From a virus (lineage: Duplodnaviria > Caudoviricetes): a DNA stretch of 54,698 nucleotides. Shown piece after piece: positions 1-8,439 of this stretch (position 1 is its first letter; every line of letters begins with the position of its first letter). Made by a program: the position numbers and the translations under genes. The DNA is taken from positions 1 through 54,698 of the IMG/VR virus record IMGVR_UViG_3300046714_000572. One strand, given 5' to 3'. The notes under the pieces were generated by a model. That model did no database searches. It worked only from the letters and a program-made list of their open reading frames with translations, and was not told the origin of the DNA.

Positions 1-1080
1 GCCGGCCGCGAGGTCGCCGCGCGCTACCCGCTGTGGACCGGCGAGGCGCCCACGATCGCCGAGGCAGCCAGCGCCGCGCGCGAGGCCCTCGCCCCGCATG
101 TCGCCGACGCGCGCGCTGACACGGCCGTCGTGCACGTCTCGGACAACAAGGGCGGGAAGGTCACCTTCACCGAGTACGCCTCGGACGTGCGCGAGGGAAA
201 CTTCGCCAGCGCGGACAAGTCGACGCTGATGGCCGACTGCGAGCAGGTCTCGGAGGCAGACCGCAAGCTGGCGATCGACGAGCTGCGCCGGCAGGCCGTG
301 GCCGCCATGCCCGAGCTGAGGGCCAAGGCCCAGGCGGCGAAGGTCGCCGAGGGCGGCGCGACCGCGCCCGTGGAGCGCGACCCGCTCGCGGATTTCTTCG
401 GCGAGGGCTGGTCGCCGACGGTGAAGTCCGAGGCGGAGCCGGAGCGCCGTCGCACCGGGCGTCCGCTGCCCGAGCCCGAGGCGTTCACCCCGCACGCGAT
501 GACCGCCGAGGAGCGCGCACGGCTGAACCAGGCGATCCTCGAGTCGCATCGCCGCAACTACCAGGTCCTGAAGCCTAGGATATTCGCCACCCCAGGCAGC
601 GTCGTCGGCGTGAGACAGCAAGCGGAACAGGGCCACGTGATGCACGCGATCGAGGTGTGCCGGCAGAGGATGATGGACGACGCGGGCGTGGAGATGGACG
701 AGATCCGCCTGGGCCACAGGGCAGCGGTGTCGCTCGCGGGGGAGCTGGGGCACACCCTTCCGCGAGTGCTCAGGGTCGACGTGCACGGCGCTACGATCTA
801 CGGCGCGCGGGTCGTGGTCGACGACTCGATCGACGACGACTTCGTGCGCGTGCGCCACAACGTGTCGGAGCGGCCGGGCTGCATCCCATTCGACGCGCGC
901 TTCGTCCCAGATCTGACCGTCCACAAGAGCGTGGACGACCACGTGGACAACAGCTACATCATCATGAACGGGATCGCCAACATCCCGGACTCGACGTGGG
1001 ACAGCCTGAAGGCGGGCGTCCTGCGCGGCGACGCAGCGAGTATCGAACAGTTCAAGAAGGCAGGAGGCCGAATCGTATGA
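1..1080 (+). CDS. hypothetical phage protein, 5'-truncated
   Basis: Frame 1 is open from base 1 (AGREVAARYPLW...) with GC3-rich codons; stop overlaps the next ATG (ATGA at 1077-1080). Confidence 0.75.
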   Translation, partial: AGREVAARYPLWTGEAPTIAEAASAAREALAPHVADARADTAVVHVSDNKGGKVTFTEYASDVREGNFASADKSTLMADCEQVSEADRKLAIDELRRQAVAAMPELRAKAQAAKVAEGGATAPVERDPLADFFGEGWSPTVKSEAEPERRRTGRPLPEPEAFTPHAMTAEERARLNQAILESHRRNYQVLKPRIFATPGSVVGVRQQAEQGHVMHAIEVCRQRMMDDAGVEMDEIRLGHRAAVSLAGELGHTLPRVLRVDVHGATIYGARVVVDDSIDDDFVRVRHNVSERPGCIPFDARFVPDLTVHKSVDDHVDNSYIIMNGIANIPDSTWDSLKAGVLRGDAASIEQFKKAGGRIV

Positions 1081-1430
1081 ACATCCACCGCACCTATCCG
1101 CAGCCCGACAGCCCCCGCCCGAACCTCGGCCCGCGCGAGCGCGCGATGGCCGTGTTCAAGTACCTGCTCGACCTCGAGCCCGGCGAGGCCATCGCGCATC
1201 CGCGCTTCGCGGTGATCGTGCACGCCTTCGAGCAGTCCGGTCGGCAGGGGTGGAACGCCCTGTTCCAGTTCCTCCGGGCGTCCAAGGAGGAGGGGAAGCG
1301 CGAGACCTACGGTGAGAAGGCTCTCGATCCGTCCTACTGCGACGAGCTGTCCGGCACGACCGACGTCGGCCCGACGCGCACTAGGCTCTTCGGCGAGGAG
1401 GCCGAGCAGCGTGGCGCAGCCGGCCTGTGA
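1077..1430 (+). CDS. hypothetical protein (MNIHRTYPQ...)
   Basis: GGAGG at 1063-1067; ATGA coupling to the upstream gene. Confidence 0.7.
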   Translation: MNIHRTYPQPDSPRPNLGPRERAMAVFKYLLDLEPGEAIAHPRFAVIVHAFEQSGRQGWNALFQFLRASKEEGKRETYGEKALDPSYCDELSGTTDVGPTRTRLFGEEAEQRGAAGL

Positions 1431-1626
1431 CCGCTGCGGCGTAGGGCCGCTCGACGGCTCGGCGCTGGAGCCACTGGATGGCACGGCCCCGCGCCGCGAG
1501 TTCTGCCCCGCCTGCGCCTCCGTGGTGCGCGCGCTGGCGGCCAACCTGGACAAGAACGGCGCGAGCGTCGAGGAGATCCTCCGGAATATTTCCTTGAGAT
1601 TTTCCCGACCTCCGCTCGATAGGTAG
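1411..1626 (+). CDS. small zinc-binding protein
   Basis: GAGGAGG before GTG 1411; CDRC...CPAC cysteine pairs. Confidence 0.55.
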   Translation: MAQPACDRCGVGPLDGSALEPLDGTAPRREFCPACASVVRALAANLDKNGASVEEILRNISLRFSRPPLDR

Positions 1627-1658
1627 CGTACACTCGGACAAAGGAGACCTGCACAAAC

Positions 1659-2300
1659 ATGGACCAGACAGTCATCGTTCGCTCACAGTTCAGCCGCGAG
1701 GAGGTGCTCGCCGCCCTGCGCGCCCAGCACCCCTGGATCCCCCCGAACGGGGAGGTCAGCCTGGAGGCCGAGTCGGCGAGCGTCAAGAATTGCAGCATCA
1801 GCAACGTCGGCCAGCTCGTCGTCGAGTACACGAAGAAGGGCGCGTTCCTGCTCTCCCTCGTCGTGCTCTGCGTCGCCGGCTGCGCCGCGCCGAACTCCGC
1901 GTGGGTGGCAGGAGGATACCGCTCGACCGAGCTGGGCGTGACCGCACCGACGGTGCTGGGCGCGTTCCAGGTGGAGGCCTCGGTCGAGCGGCGCGCCTAC
2001 GACGTCGAGCAGTCGCGCGGCGGGCACATGCGGCCGGCTGGTCTCCAGGGCGGCGGCTCCGGCCGCAGGCTCGAGGGCCGCGCCTACGAGACCCAGTCCG
2101 AGGACCACTACCTCGGACGCGCAGGCCTGCGATGGTCGCCGCTCGACTGGGCGCACCTCGCCGCGGGGCTCACCGAGGAGCTGGGCGCGTACGCGCGCGT
2201 GGGGCTCGAGCGACGGCTGACGGAGAACTGCTCGATCGGGGTCGACGTCGTGTCGGACCGCGGCGAGGTCGCCCTCTTCGGCATCTCGTGGAGGCGCTGA
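1659..2300 (+). CDS. putative envelope protein with an outer-membrane beta-barrel-like C-terminal part
   Basis: AAGGAG RBS; internal hydrophobic stretch ending VAGC; amphipathic beta-strand pattern; C-terminus GISWRR. Confidence 0.6.
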   Translation: MDQTVIVRSQFSREEVLAALRAQHPWIPPNGEVSLEAESASVKNCSISNVGQLVVEYTKKGAFLLSLVVLCVAGCAAPNSAWVAGGYRSTELGVTAPTVLGAFQVEASVERRAYDVEQSRGGHMRPAGLQGGGSGRRLEGRAYETQSEDHYLGRAGLRWSPLDWAHLAAGLTEELGAYARVGLERRLTENCSIGVDVVSDRGEVALFGISWRR

Positions 2301-2302
2301 TC

Positions 2303-2791
2303 ATGGCGAGCGAAGACTACGACGAGTACGACCTGGACAGCGACCGCCCGACCGTCGACCTGCGCTGGCTCGACGAGGCGCGGCGCAAGCGGAGCGAGGG
2401 GGCGGAGGCCTGCGCGGAGCCTGGACGCTTCGCGAAGGAGCAGACCTCGCGAGGCTTCCGCACAGTCGCCGAGAAGATGCGCGACGGGCAGCTCATCGTC
2501 GCGGCGAGGGGCGGCAACGGAGCGTACCGGGAGGGCTACGAGGACCCCGGCGCGAAGGCGATCTTCACCCTGGGGCGCGACGTGCACGGGCGCTGCCACG
2601 TGATCGAGGTCTCCCTGGCGCGACTGCCCGACGGGACGCTCGGCGTCCGCGTGGACGGAGGCGCGAGGAATCTCAGCATCTGTCCGAGCAGCTCCAACAG
2701 CTTCACGATGACGACTCACCGCCCGGACCGGATGCCGACGGCCTTCAAGGACGAGGGGCCGACGGTGGAGTCCTACGAGGGTCCCGTCTGA
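2303..2791 (+). CDS. hypothetical protein (MASEDYDEY...)
   Basis: GGAGG before ATG 2303; stop overlaps next start. Confidence 0.7.
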   Translation: MASEDYDEYDLDSDRPTVDLRWLDEARRKRSEGAEACAEPGRFAKEQTSRGFRTVAEKMRDGQLIVAARGGNGAYREGYEDPGAKAIFTLGRDVHGRCHVIEVSLARLPDGTLGVRVDGGARNLSICPSSSNSFTMTTHRPDRMPTAFKDEGPTVESYEGPV

Positions 2792-3363
2792 TGGAGCACC
2801 CCGCCACCAAGCACGGCTACATCACGACGGCCTCGGGGCGCCGGGTGTACTCGCTCTCCTCGATCGACGTGCACAAGCCGGACATCGCGCACAGCCTGGC
2901 GATGCAGTGCCGATACCTTGGCCACGTCAGCGAGTTCTACAGCGTGGCCGAGCACTCCGTGCTGGTGTCGGCGCTGGCGGACGAGGCCGGGGAGACGGTC
3001 GAGTTGCAGCAGCTCGCGCTCCTGCACGACGCGCACGAGTCGTACTGCGGCGACTTCCCGAGCCCCTACAAGCTCGACCTGCCCGAGCACGCCGAGTGGG
3101 AGGACCGCATCGAGAGGCGCGTCCGCGAGTCGCTAGGCGTCGCCGGTACGGACTACGACTGGACGCGCGTGAAGCTCTACGACACGCAGGCGCTGCACCT
3201 GGAGGCCAGCGTGCTGCTGCCCGAGTCGGTCGAGTGGGTGGACCGCGACCTCGTCGCGAGCCTGCCGCGTTCGTGCCACGTGTGGTGTCACCACTGGCGT
3301 ACGGCGAAGAGCATCTTCATCAGGCGGGCTGCTCAGCTCGGACTTACGGGGTACGGATCTTGA
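2791..3363 (+). CDS. HD-domain phosphohydrolase (YfbR/YfdR-like deoxynucleotidase)
   Basis: DIAHSLA..CRY.GH, YSVAEHS, LLHDAHE..GD motifs. Confidence 0.9.
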   Translation: MEHPATKHGYITTASGRRVYSLSSIDVHKPDIAHSLAMQCRYLGHVSEFYSVAEHSVLVSALADEAGETVELQQLALLHDAHESYCGDFPSPYKLDLPEHAEWEDRIERRVRESLGVAGTDYDWTRVKLYDTQALHLEASVLLPESVEWVDRDLVASLPRSCHVWCHHWRTAKSIFIRRAAQLGLTGYGS

Positions 3364-3387
3364 CTGAGGGCCGAATCGGGGTAGAAT
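3360..3387 (+). promoter_or_regulatory. sigma70-type promoter of the replication operon
   Basis: TTGACT-16 nt-TAGAAT upstream of the primase gene. Confidence 0.7.
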
Positions 3388-3476
3388 GAGGGGAACTACT
3401 CCTCGGCCGGGCAGAGATGCCCGAGGCGGCCGGCGCCCCGAGCAGGTGTCGGCCGCCGCCTTCTCGGCGTAGCATC

Positions 3477-6146
3477 ATGGAACCTGCACAGGAACCTGCA
3501 CCGGATCCGATCGTCGGCGTGATCCACGCCCGGGATAAGCACCCCGGCGCGTCGACCTTCGACGACATCGCCGACCCGAACCGCGCGTCGGTGGTGCTGT
3601 GCGACGACCACCTGCCGCTGTCGCAGGCGCTCGCGCGCGACTGGCCGCAGGACAGCCACCTCGTGATGTACCACCTCGCCGACGAGGACGGCGACCCCGT
3701 CTTCGCGCGCGCGAACAAGCGCTCGCCGCTCGCCGCGGACCTCGCGCGGCGCGGCTGCTCTATCAGGGTGCCGGTCCTGGTGTTCGACCACGACCTGCCC
3801 AAGAATCCGGACGGCTCCAAGGCCGTCTGGACGGAGGAAGGCCTCGGCGAGTTCGTGCAGGTCCTCGCCGGGGCCGACCTCCCTTCCCCCTCGCACTGGT
3901 ACACGACGCTGCACGGCAGCCGCTTCGTGTACGTGCTGGCGGCGCCGGTGTCGCACCTGCTGTGCGAGCCGCTCTGCGCCGCGATCGTGTCGCGCTTCGC
4001 CGCGGCCGGCGTGCAGCTCGACCCGGCGTGCAAGGACTGGACGCGCCTCTTCCGCCTGCCGCGCACGGTCCGCCAGGACACGGGCAGGACGTTCGCGACC
4101 GACCCCATGTTCGTCGCTCTGTCCGGCGGGCCTGCGCTCGACGCCTCCACGATCGACGTGTCCGAGGCGGCGCAGGAGAAGTTCGCCGAGGTGGTCCCCT
4201 ACAGCGCGGACATGCCGGACGCCGAGGCCTGCCGCGCGCTGACGCACCGTAAGGCGTCGAACGGCCGCGAGGTGCTCACCGACTGGGCGAAGGAGGCGAA
4301 GAAGTACCTGCAAGGCCGAGACGCCCACGGTCCGTGCTTCGAGGACGGCAAGGTCGACGTCTCCGCCGGCTGGAACAACGGCGTGGTCAAGCTCGTCGGC
4401 CAGGTCGTCGGCATGACGGCGCGCCTCGAGACCGCCACGCCCGAGGGCGTCTTCGCCCTGATCTACCCGGCGATCGAGCAGCTCCAGGCCGAGGAGGACG
4501 CCGGCCAGCGCGCGACGCAGTGGGCTCCGAAGGCCTGGGACATCGTCTGTCGCATCTGGGCCAACGAGCAGGCGCAGGTCTCCGCCGAGCTGGCGGAGCG
4601 CGAGCGCAGCGTGGAACGCGCCCGGGGCGTGCGCTCTGAGATCCTCGCGAAGGTCGCCGAGGACACGCCGCAGCTCGTGCCCTCCGACCCCGCCGACGCC
4701 GAGGAGTGGCTGCGCCAGCGCATGATCGCGAGCGACGGCCGCCACCACTACGTGATGCGCCCGGACTCCACGTACAACCTGCGCCCGGTGAGCGACTCCA
4801 TGCTCGTCCCGATGGTGAAGGAGCTGGGCATGGAGGACGTGATCGAGACGAACGAGCTGCGCGGCAAGCAGTGGGTCGCGCGAAGCTCACAGTCGATCCT
4901 GAACGACCACGCGACGCCGATCGCCTCTGTGACGTGCTCCTCGCTCGAGCAGTTCGCCTACATCGACGGCGAGCAGGGCGCGCGCACGCTGCACATCCCG
5001 GTGCACCGGCTGAACCCGCGCCTGGCGCGCGGCGGGGTGCGCGACGCGCAGTGCGAGGAGTGGCTGGCGGCGCTCGGCGGGGACAAGGCCGACCTGCTCC
5101 TCGAGTGGCTCGCGTGGTCGCCGGAGGTCAAGGCCCCGATCTGCGCGCTCAACCTGTTCGGCGCGTCGGGCGCCGGCAAGGGGATGCTCGCGCAGGGTCT
5201 CGCCGAGTGCTTCGACGGCGAGCGCGTGAACGACGGCCGCGCGCTCGGCAAGTACAACGAGGGACTGCTGCACTCGCCGATCATCAACTGCGACGAGGGC
5301 CTGCCGAACGTGCAGTCGGACGAGTCGCTCGCGATCGACCAGGCCTTCCGCTCGTTCGTGTCGGGCGGAAGGCTGACGATCCGCAGCATGTACCGCGACC
5401 CCTTCAACGCGCACGTCTACCCGCGCATCCTGTTCACCGGGAACGACCGCGACATCATGCGCTCGATCGTCGGGCAGCGCGACCTCACCGACGAGGACGT
5501 CCGCGCGATCGAGGTGCGGCTGCTCTCGCTGGAGGTCCCCGCCGCGGCTCGCGACCTGCTCACCTCGCGCGGCAACTACGCCTACACCGAGGGCTGGGTC
5601 GGCGGCAAGGTCCGCAGCACGTACCGCCTGGCGAACCACATCATGTGGCTGCACGCCAACCGCAAGCCGAGCCGCGGCGGCTCCGGCCGACTGCTCGTCG
5701 AGGGCGAAGTGCAGACGAGCCTCGTGCGCTCGATGCGCCTGCGCACCGCGGCGTCGCAGGCCGTGATGAAGGCGATCGTGAAGATGGTCGAGTCGCCCGG
5801 AGCGAAGAAGGGCCTGCACGTCGGGGCCGGTCGCGTGTGGGTGACGGCCAGCGGCGTGTGCGACTTCATCGCGAACGTGGCGTCGGGCATGACCGACCGC
5901 GTGACGCTGAGCAAGGCGGCGTCGGTGCTGCGCCAGTTCGCCGCGCCCGACGTCCCCGGCCAGAAGGCCGCGCGCCCGCCCGGCGAGCACAAGGGCCGCT
6001 GGGTCGAGGTGAACCTGCCGGTGATCTTCGAGGAGGGCCTGCGCTACGGCATGACGTGCGAGCGCATGGAGGGCCTGATCCGCCTCCAGCCCGGCGGCGT
6101 GAACGTCGTCGCCGCGATCCTGTCGCACGAGGGGGAGGAGTACTGA
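3477..6146 (+). CDS. primase-helicase (AEP/PrimPol N-terminus plus SF3/D5-like NTPase); start may be 3417
   Basis: VFDHD, YTTLHG, DPACKDWTRLFRLP primase motifs; Walker A GASGAGKG, Walker B INCDE, sensor FTGN. Confidence 0.85.
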   Translation: MEPAQEPAPDPIVGVIHARDKHPGASTFDDIADPNRASVVLCDDHLPLSQALARDWPQDSHLVMYHLADEDGDPVFARANKRSPLAADLARRGCSIRVPVLVFDHDLPKNPDGSKAVWTEEGLGEFVQVLAGADLPSPSHWYTTLHGSRFVYVLAAPVSHLLCEPLCAAIVSRFAAAGVQLDPACKDWTRLFRLPRTVRQDTGRTFATDPMFVALSGGPALDASTIDVSEAAQEKFAEVVPYSADMPDAEACRALTHRKASNGREVLTDWAKEAKKYLQGRDAHGPCFEDGKVDVSAGWNNGVVKLVGQVVGMTARLETATPEGVFALIYPAIEQLQAEEDAGQRATQWAPKAWDIVCRIWANEQAQVSAELAERERSVERARGVRSEILAKVAEDTPQLVPSDPADAEEWLRQRMIASDGRHHYVMRPDSTYNLRPVSDSMLVPMVKELGMEDVIETNELRGKQWVARSSQSILNDHATPIASVTCSSLEQFAYIDGEQGARTLHIPVHRLNPRLARGGVRDAQCEEWLAALGGDKADLLLEWLAWSPEVKAPICALNLFGASGAGKGMLAQGLAECFDGERVNDGRALGKYNEGLLHSPIINCDEGLPNVQSDESLAIDQAFRSFVSGGRLTIRSMYRDPFNAHVYPRILFTGNDRDIMRSIVGQRDLTDEDVRAIEVRLLSLEVPAAARDLLTSRGNYAYTEGWVGGKVRSTYRLANHIMWLHANRKPSRGGSGRLLVEGEVQTSLVRSMRLRTAASQAVMKAIVKMVESPGAKKGLHVGAGRVWVTASGVCDFIANVASGMTDRVTLSKAASVLRQFAAPDVPGQKAARPPGEHKGRWVEVNLPVIFEEGLRYGMTCERMEGLIRLQPGGVNVVAAILSHEGEEY

Positions 6147-8215
6147 TGACCGAGTCGACGAACATGGTCATCAGCGCGTCGCAGCTCGACGACTTCCTCG
6201 ACTGCCCGCGGCGCTGGTGGTTCAAGAAGGTCCTGCACCTACCCGAGGTGCAGCGCGACTACTTCACCTTCGGCACGGTGCTGCACGCCTGCATCGAGCG
6301 CTGGATGGCGGCCGACGAGCAGGGGCGAGTGCCCGGTACGCAGCCGAGACAGCGAGACCCGGACTACATCGAGGTCGCCACCATCGGCAGCGGCCCGCTA
6401 GAGGGGCAGAAGTGCGGCGCGCCAGTCGACGTCTTCCCTCCCGGCTGGGAGACCATCGACGAGCGCGGCGCGAAGGCGAGCGTGACGCCGAACGAAGCGA
6501 AGCTGATCCGCCGGCTCTTCGAGGACGCCGTCGAGAAGGGCATCCTCGTGCGGAGCCGCGGCGTGAAGATTGAGCACGAGATCAACCTGCCGGTGATCCC
6601 AGGCGTGGACTTGACGGGCTTCCTCGACTGGTATGTGCCGAGCAAGACGATTGACCACGTCTCCACGGACGACTCGTCAGGTGGCCGGAAGCAGACCGTT
6701 ACTCGCCACGCCCTCAGTCTGGCCGAGATCCACGACCACAAGTCGTTCGGCGAGTCCTCCCTGCGCTACCTGAAGCAGCCCGGGCCGAAGGACGAGGCCG
6801 GCAACGACGTCGCGATCGACGCGCCGTACCAGAAGGACGACGGCACGAGCCCCAACTGCGTCGGGCACAACCAGCAGGTCCTCACGTACGGCGCGGCGAC
6901 GTCCATCCTGCACGGATACGACGGTGCGGTGCTGGTGCGCCACAACCAGTTCCCCAAGTTCAAGGACCCCAAGGGAGTCCGTAAAGTCCAGGCCGTCGTC
7001 TCGTCGAAGAGGCTGAAGGCACACTGGATCTTTGTACAGGAGACGGCCGCGCGCATGCTGAAGGTGCGGCAGGTCAAGCTGTGGACGGATACCCCCGGCC
7101 CGGAGTCCACGGACTCCTGCGCCAGGTTCGGGGGCTGCCCGTTCCAGGGGATCTGCGGGAAGAGGGAGACCGTGGAGGGGTATACTTCCAGGGTACGGGG
7201 ACAGACACAACAGAGGGCCGAGCGAACTCGCCCGAACATACCGATCGAACCGAAGAGTAGGAAAGGCAACGGAGGCAGCAACATGACGATGGACATTTTC
7301 GCGAACGCAAAGAACAAGAAGATAGGCGGGGGACCGCCGCCCGCGGCGCTGGCCGCGGCGAAGGAGGCCGCGCAGGCTCCGGCCCCGCCGGCCGAGGCGC
7401 CCGCCCCGGTCGCGACGCCGGCACCGAGCGCCGTGAACGCCGGCCCGACCGCGCCGACCGTGACGGTCGTGGGCGGAGCGCCGTGGGCGAACCCGAGCTG
7501 CCCGCCCTGCAAGGGGCTCGGCATGAACAAGCAGGGCCGCCCGTGCAAGATCTGCGACATGGTCGCGGCGAAGCTGAAGCGGCCCACGAGCGAGATGTAC
7601 GACGTGCAGATCACCGAGGTCGGCGCCTACGCCGTCGCCCGCGAGCAGCACGTCGAGGCGCTCACCGCGCTCGGCGCCGAGCTGGAGTGGGTCCAGGCCG
7701 ACGCCAAGGTGGTCGAGGCTGCGCCGGCACCGGCGCCCGCCCCGGCCCCCGCGCCGAAGGCCGCTCCCAAGGCGGCACCGGCTCCCAAGCCCGCGCCCGT
7801 CGAGGCTCCGTCCGCGTCGGTCGTCGAGGCCGTCGTCACGGCCGACCCCGTCGGCGAGGTCGTGGCCGCCGAGGAACAGCCGGCGAAGGCCAAGAAGAAC
7901 GGACGCCCGAGCGTCGGGCTCACGCTGAACCTGGGCTGCATGCAGCTCAAGGGCGTGAACCGCCCGGTCGTGATCGCGCAGGACCTGATGAACCGCGTCG
8001 GCTCCGAGATGGCGCTCGACATGAACGCCGAGTCCTACTGGGTCCTCGACCAGCACAAGCGCAAGGACCGCCTGCGCCAGCGGGGCGAGGCCATCGCGCA
8101 GTCGCTCGGCCGCTGCGTGGTCGTGTTCCCCTCGGGGACGAACGACTTCGACCTGGTGGCGCTCTTCAACGCGCTCGAGCCCTTCGCCGACACCGTGAAC
8201 GAGCGGCTGGGCTAG
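6146..8215 (+). CDS. PD-(D/E)xK (RecB/Cas4-like) exonuclease fused to an Ala/Pro-rich region, Zn finger and C-terminal domain
   Basis: SASQL...CPRRW, GFLD, DHKS, QVLTYG, CARFGGCPFQGIC; downstream CPPC...CKIC. Confidence 0.85.
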   Translation: MTESTNMVISASQLDDFLDCPRRWWFKKVLHLPEVQRDYFTFGTVLHACIERWMAADEQGRVPGTQPRQRDPDYIEVATIGSGPLEGQKCGAPVDVFPPGWETIDERGAKASVTPNEAKLIRRLFEDAVEKGILVRSRGVKIEHEINLPVIPGVDLTGFLDWYVPSKTIDHVSTDDSSGGRKQTVTRHALSLAEIHDHKSFGESSLRYLKQPGPKDEAGNDVAIDAPYQKDDGTSPNCVGHNQQVLTYGAATSILHGYDGAVLVRHNQFPKFKDPKGVRKVQAVVSSKRLKAHWIFVQETAARMLKVRQVKLWTDTPGPESTDSCARFGGCPFQGICGKRETVEGYTSRVRGQTQQRAERTRPNIPIEPKSRKGNGGSNMTMDIFANAKNKKIGGGPPPAALAAAKEAAQAPAPPAEAPAPVATPAPSAVNAGPTAPTVTVVGGAPWANPSCPPCKGLGMNKQGRPCKICDMVAAKLKRPTSEMYDVQITEVGAYAVAREQHVEALTALGAELEWVQADAKVVEAAPAPAPAPAPAPKAAPKAAPAPKPAPVEAPSASVVEAVVTADPVGEVVAAEEQPAKAKKNGRPSVGLTLNLGCMQLKGVNRPVVIAQDLMNRVGSEMALDMNAESYWVLDQHKRKDRLRQRGEAIAQSLGRCVVVFPSGTNDFDLVALFNALEPFADTVNERLG

Positions 8216-8262
8216 CAAACCGACGGACGCCCGGTAGGCGACCACAACAAAGCGAGGCAACG

Positions 8263-8439
8263 ATGACCATGAAGGTGACGATGACGAAGCCGAGCCGGGC
8301 GAGAATCGCCAGGCTCTACCGGGAGGGTGCGACGCTGCGCGACCTCCAGGAGCAGTACGGACACAGCCTGACGACGCTCCTGCGCATCCTGCGCAGCCGG
8401 CGAGTCAAGATCCGCCCGCGCGGGAGGGTCCCGGCGTAG
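8263..8439 (+). CDS. small helix-turn-helix DNA-binding protein
   Basis: LYREGATLRDLQEQYGHSLTTLLRIL..RVKIRPRG HTH pattern; GAGG RBS. Confidence 0.75.
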   Translation: MTMKVTMTKPSRARIARLYREGATLRDLQEQYGHSLTTLLRILRSRRVKIRPRGRVPA

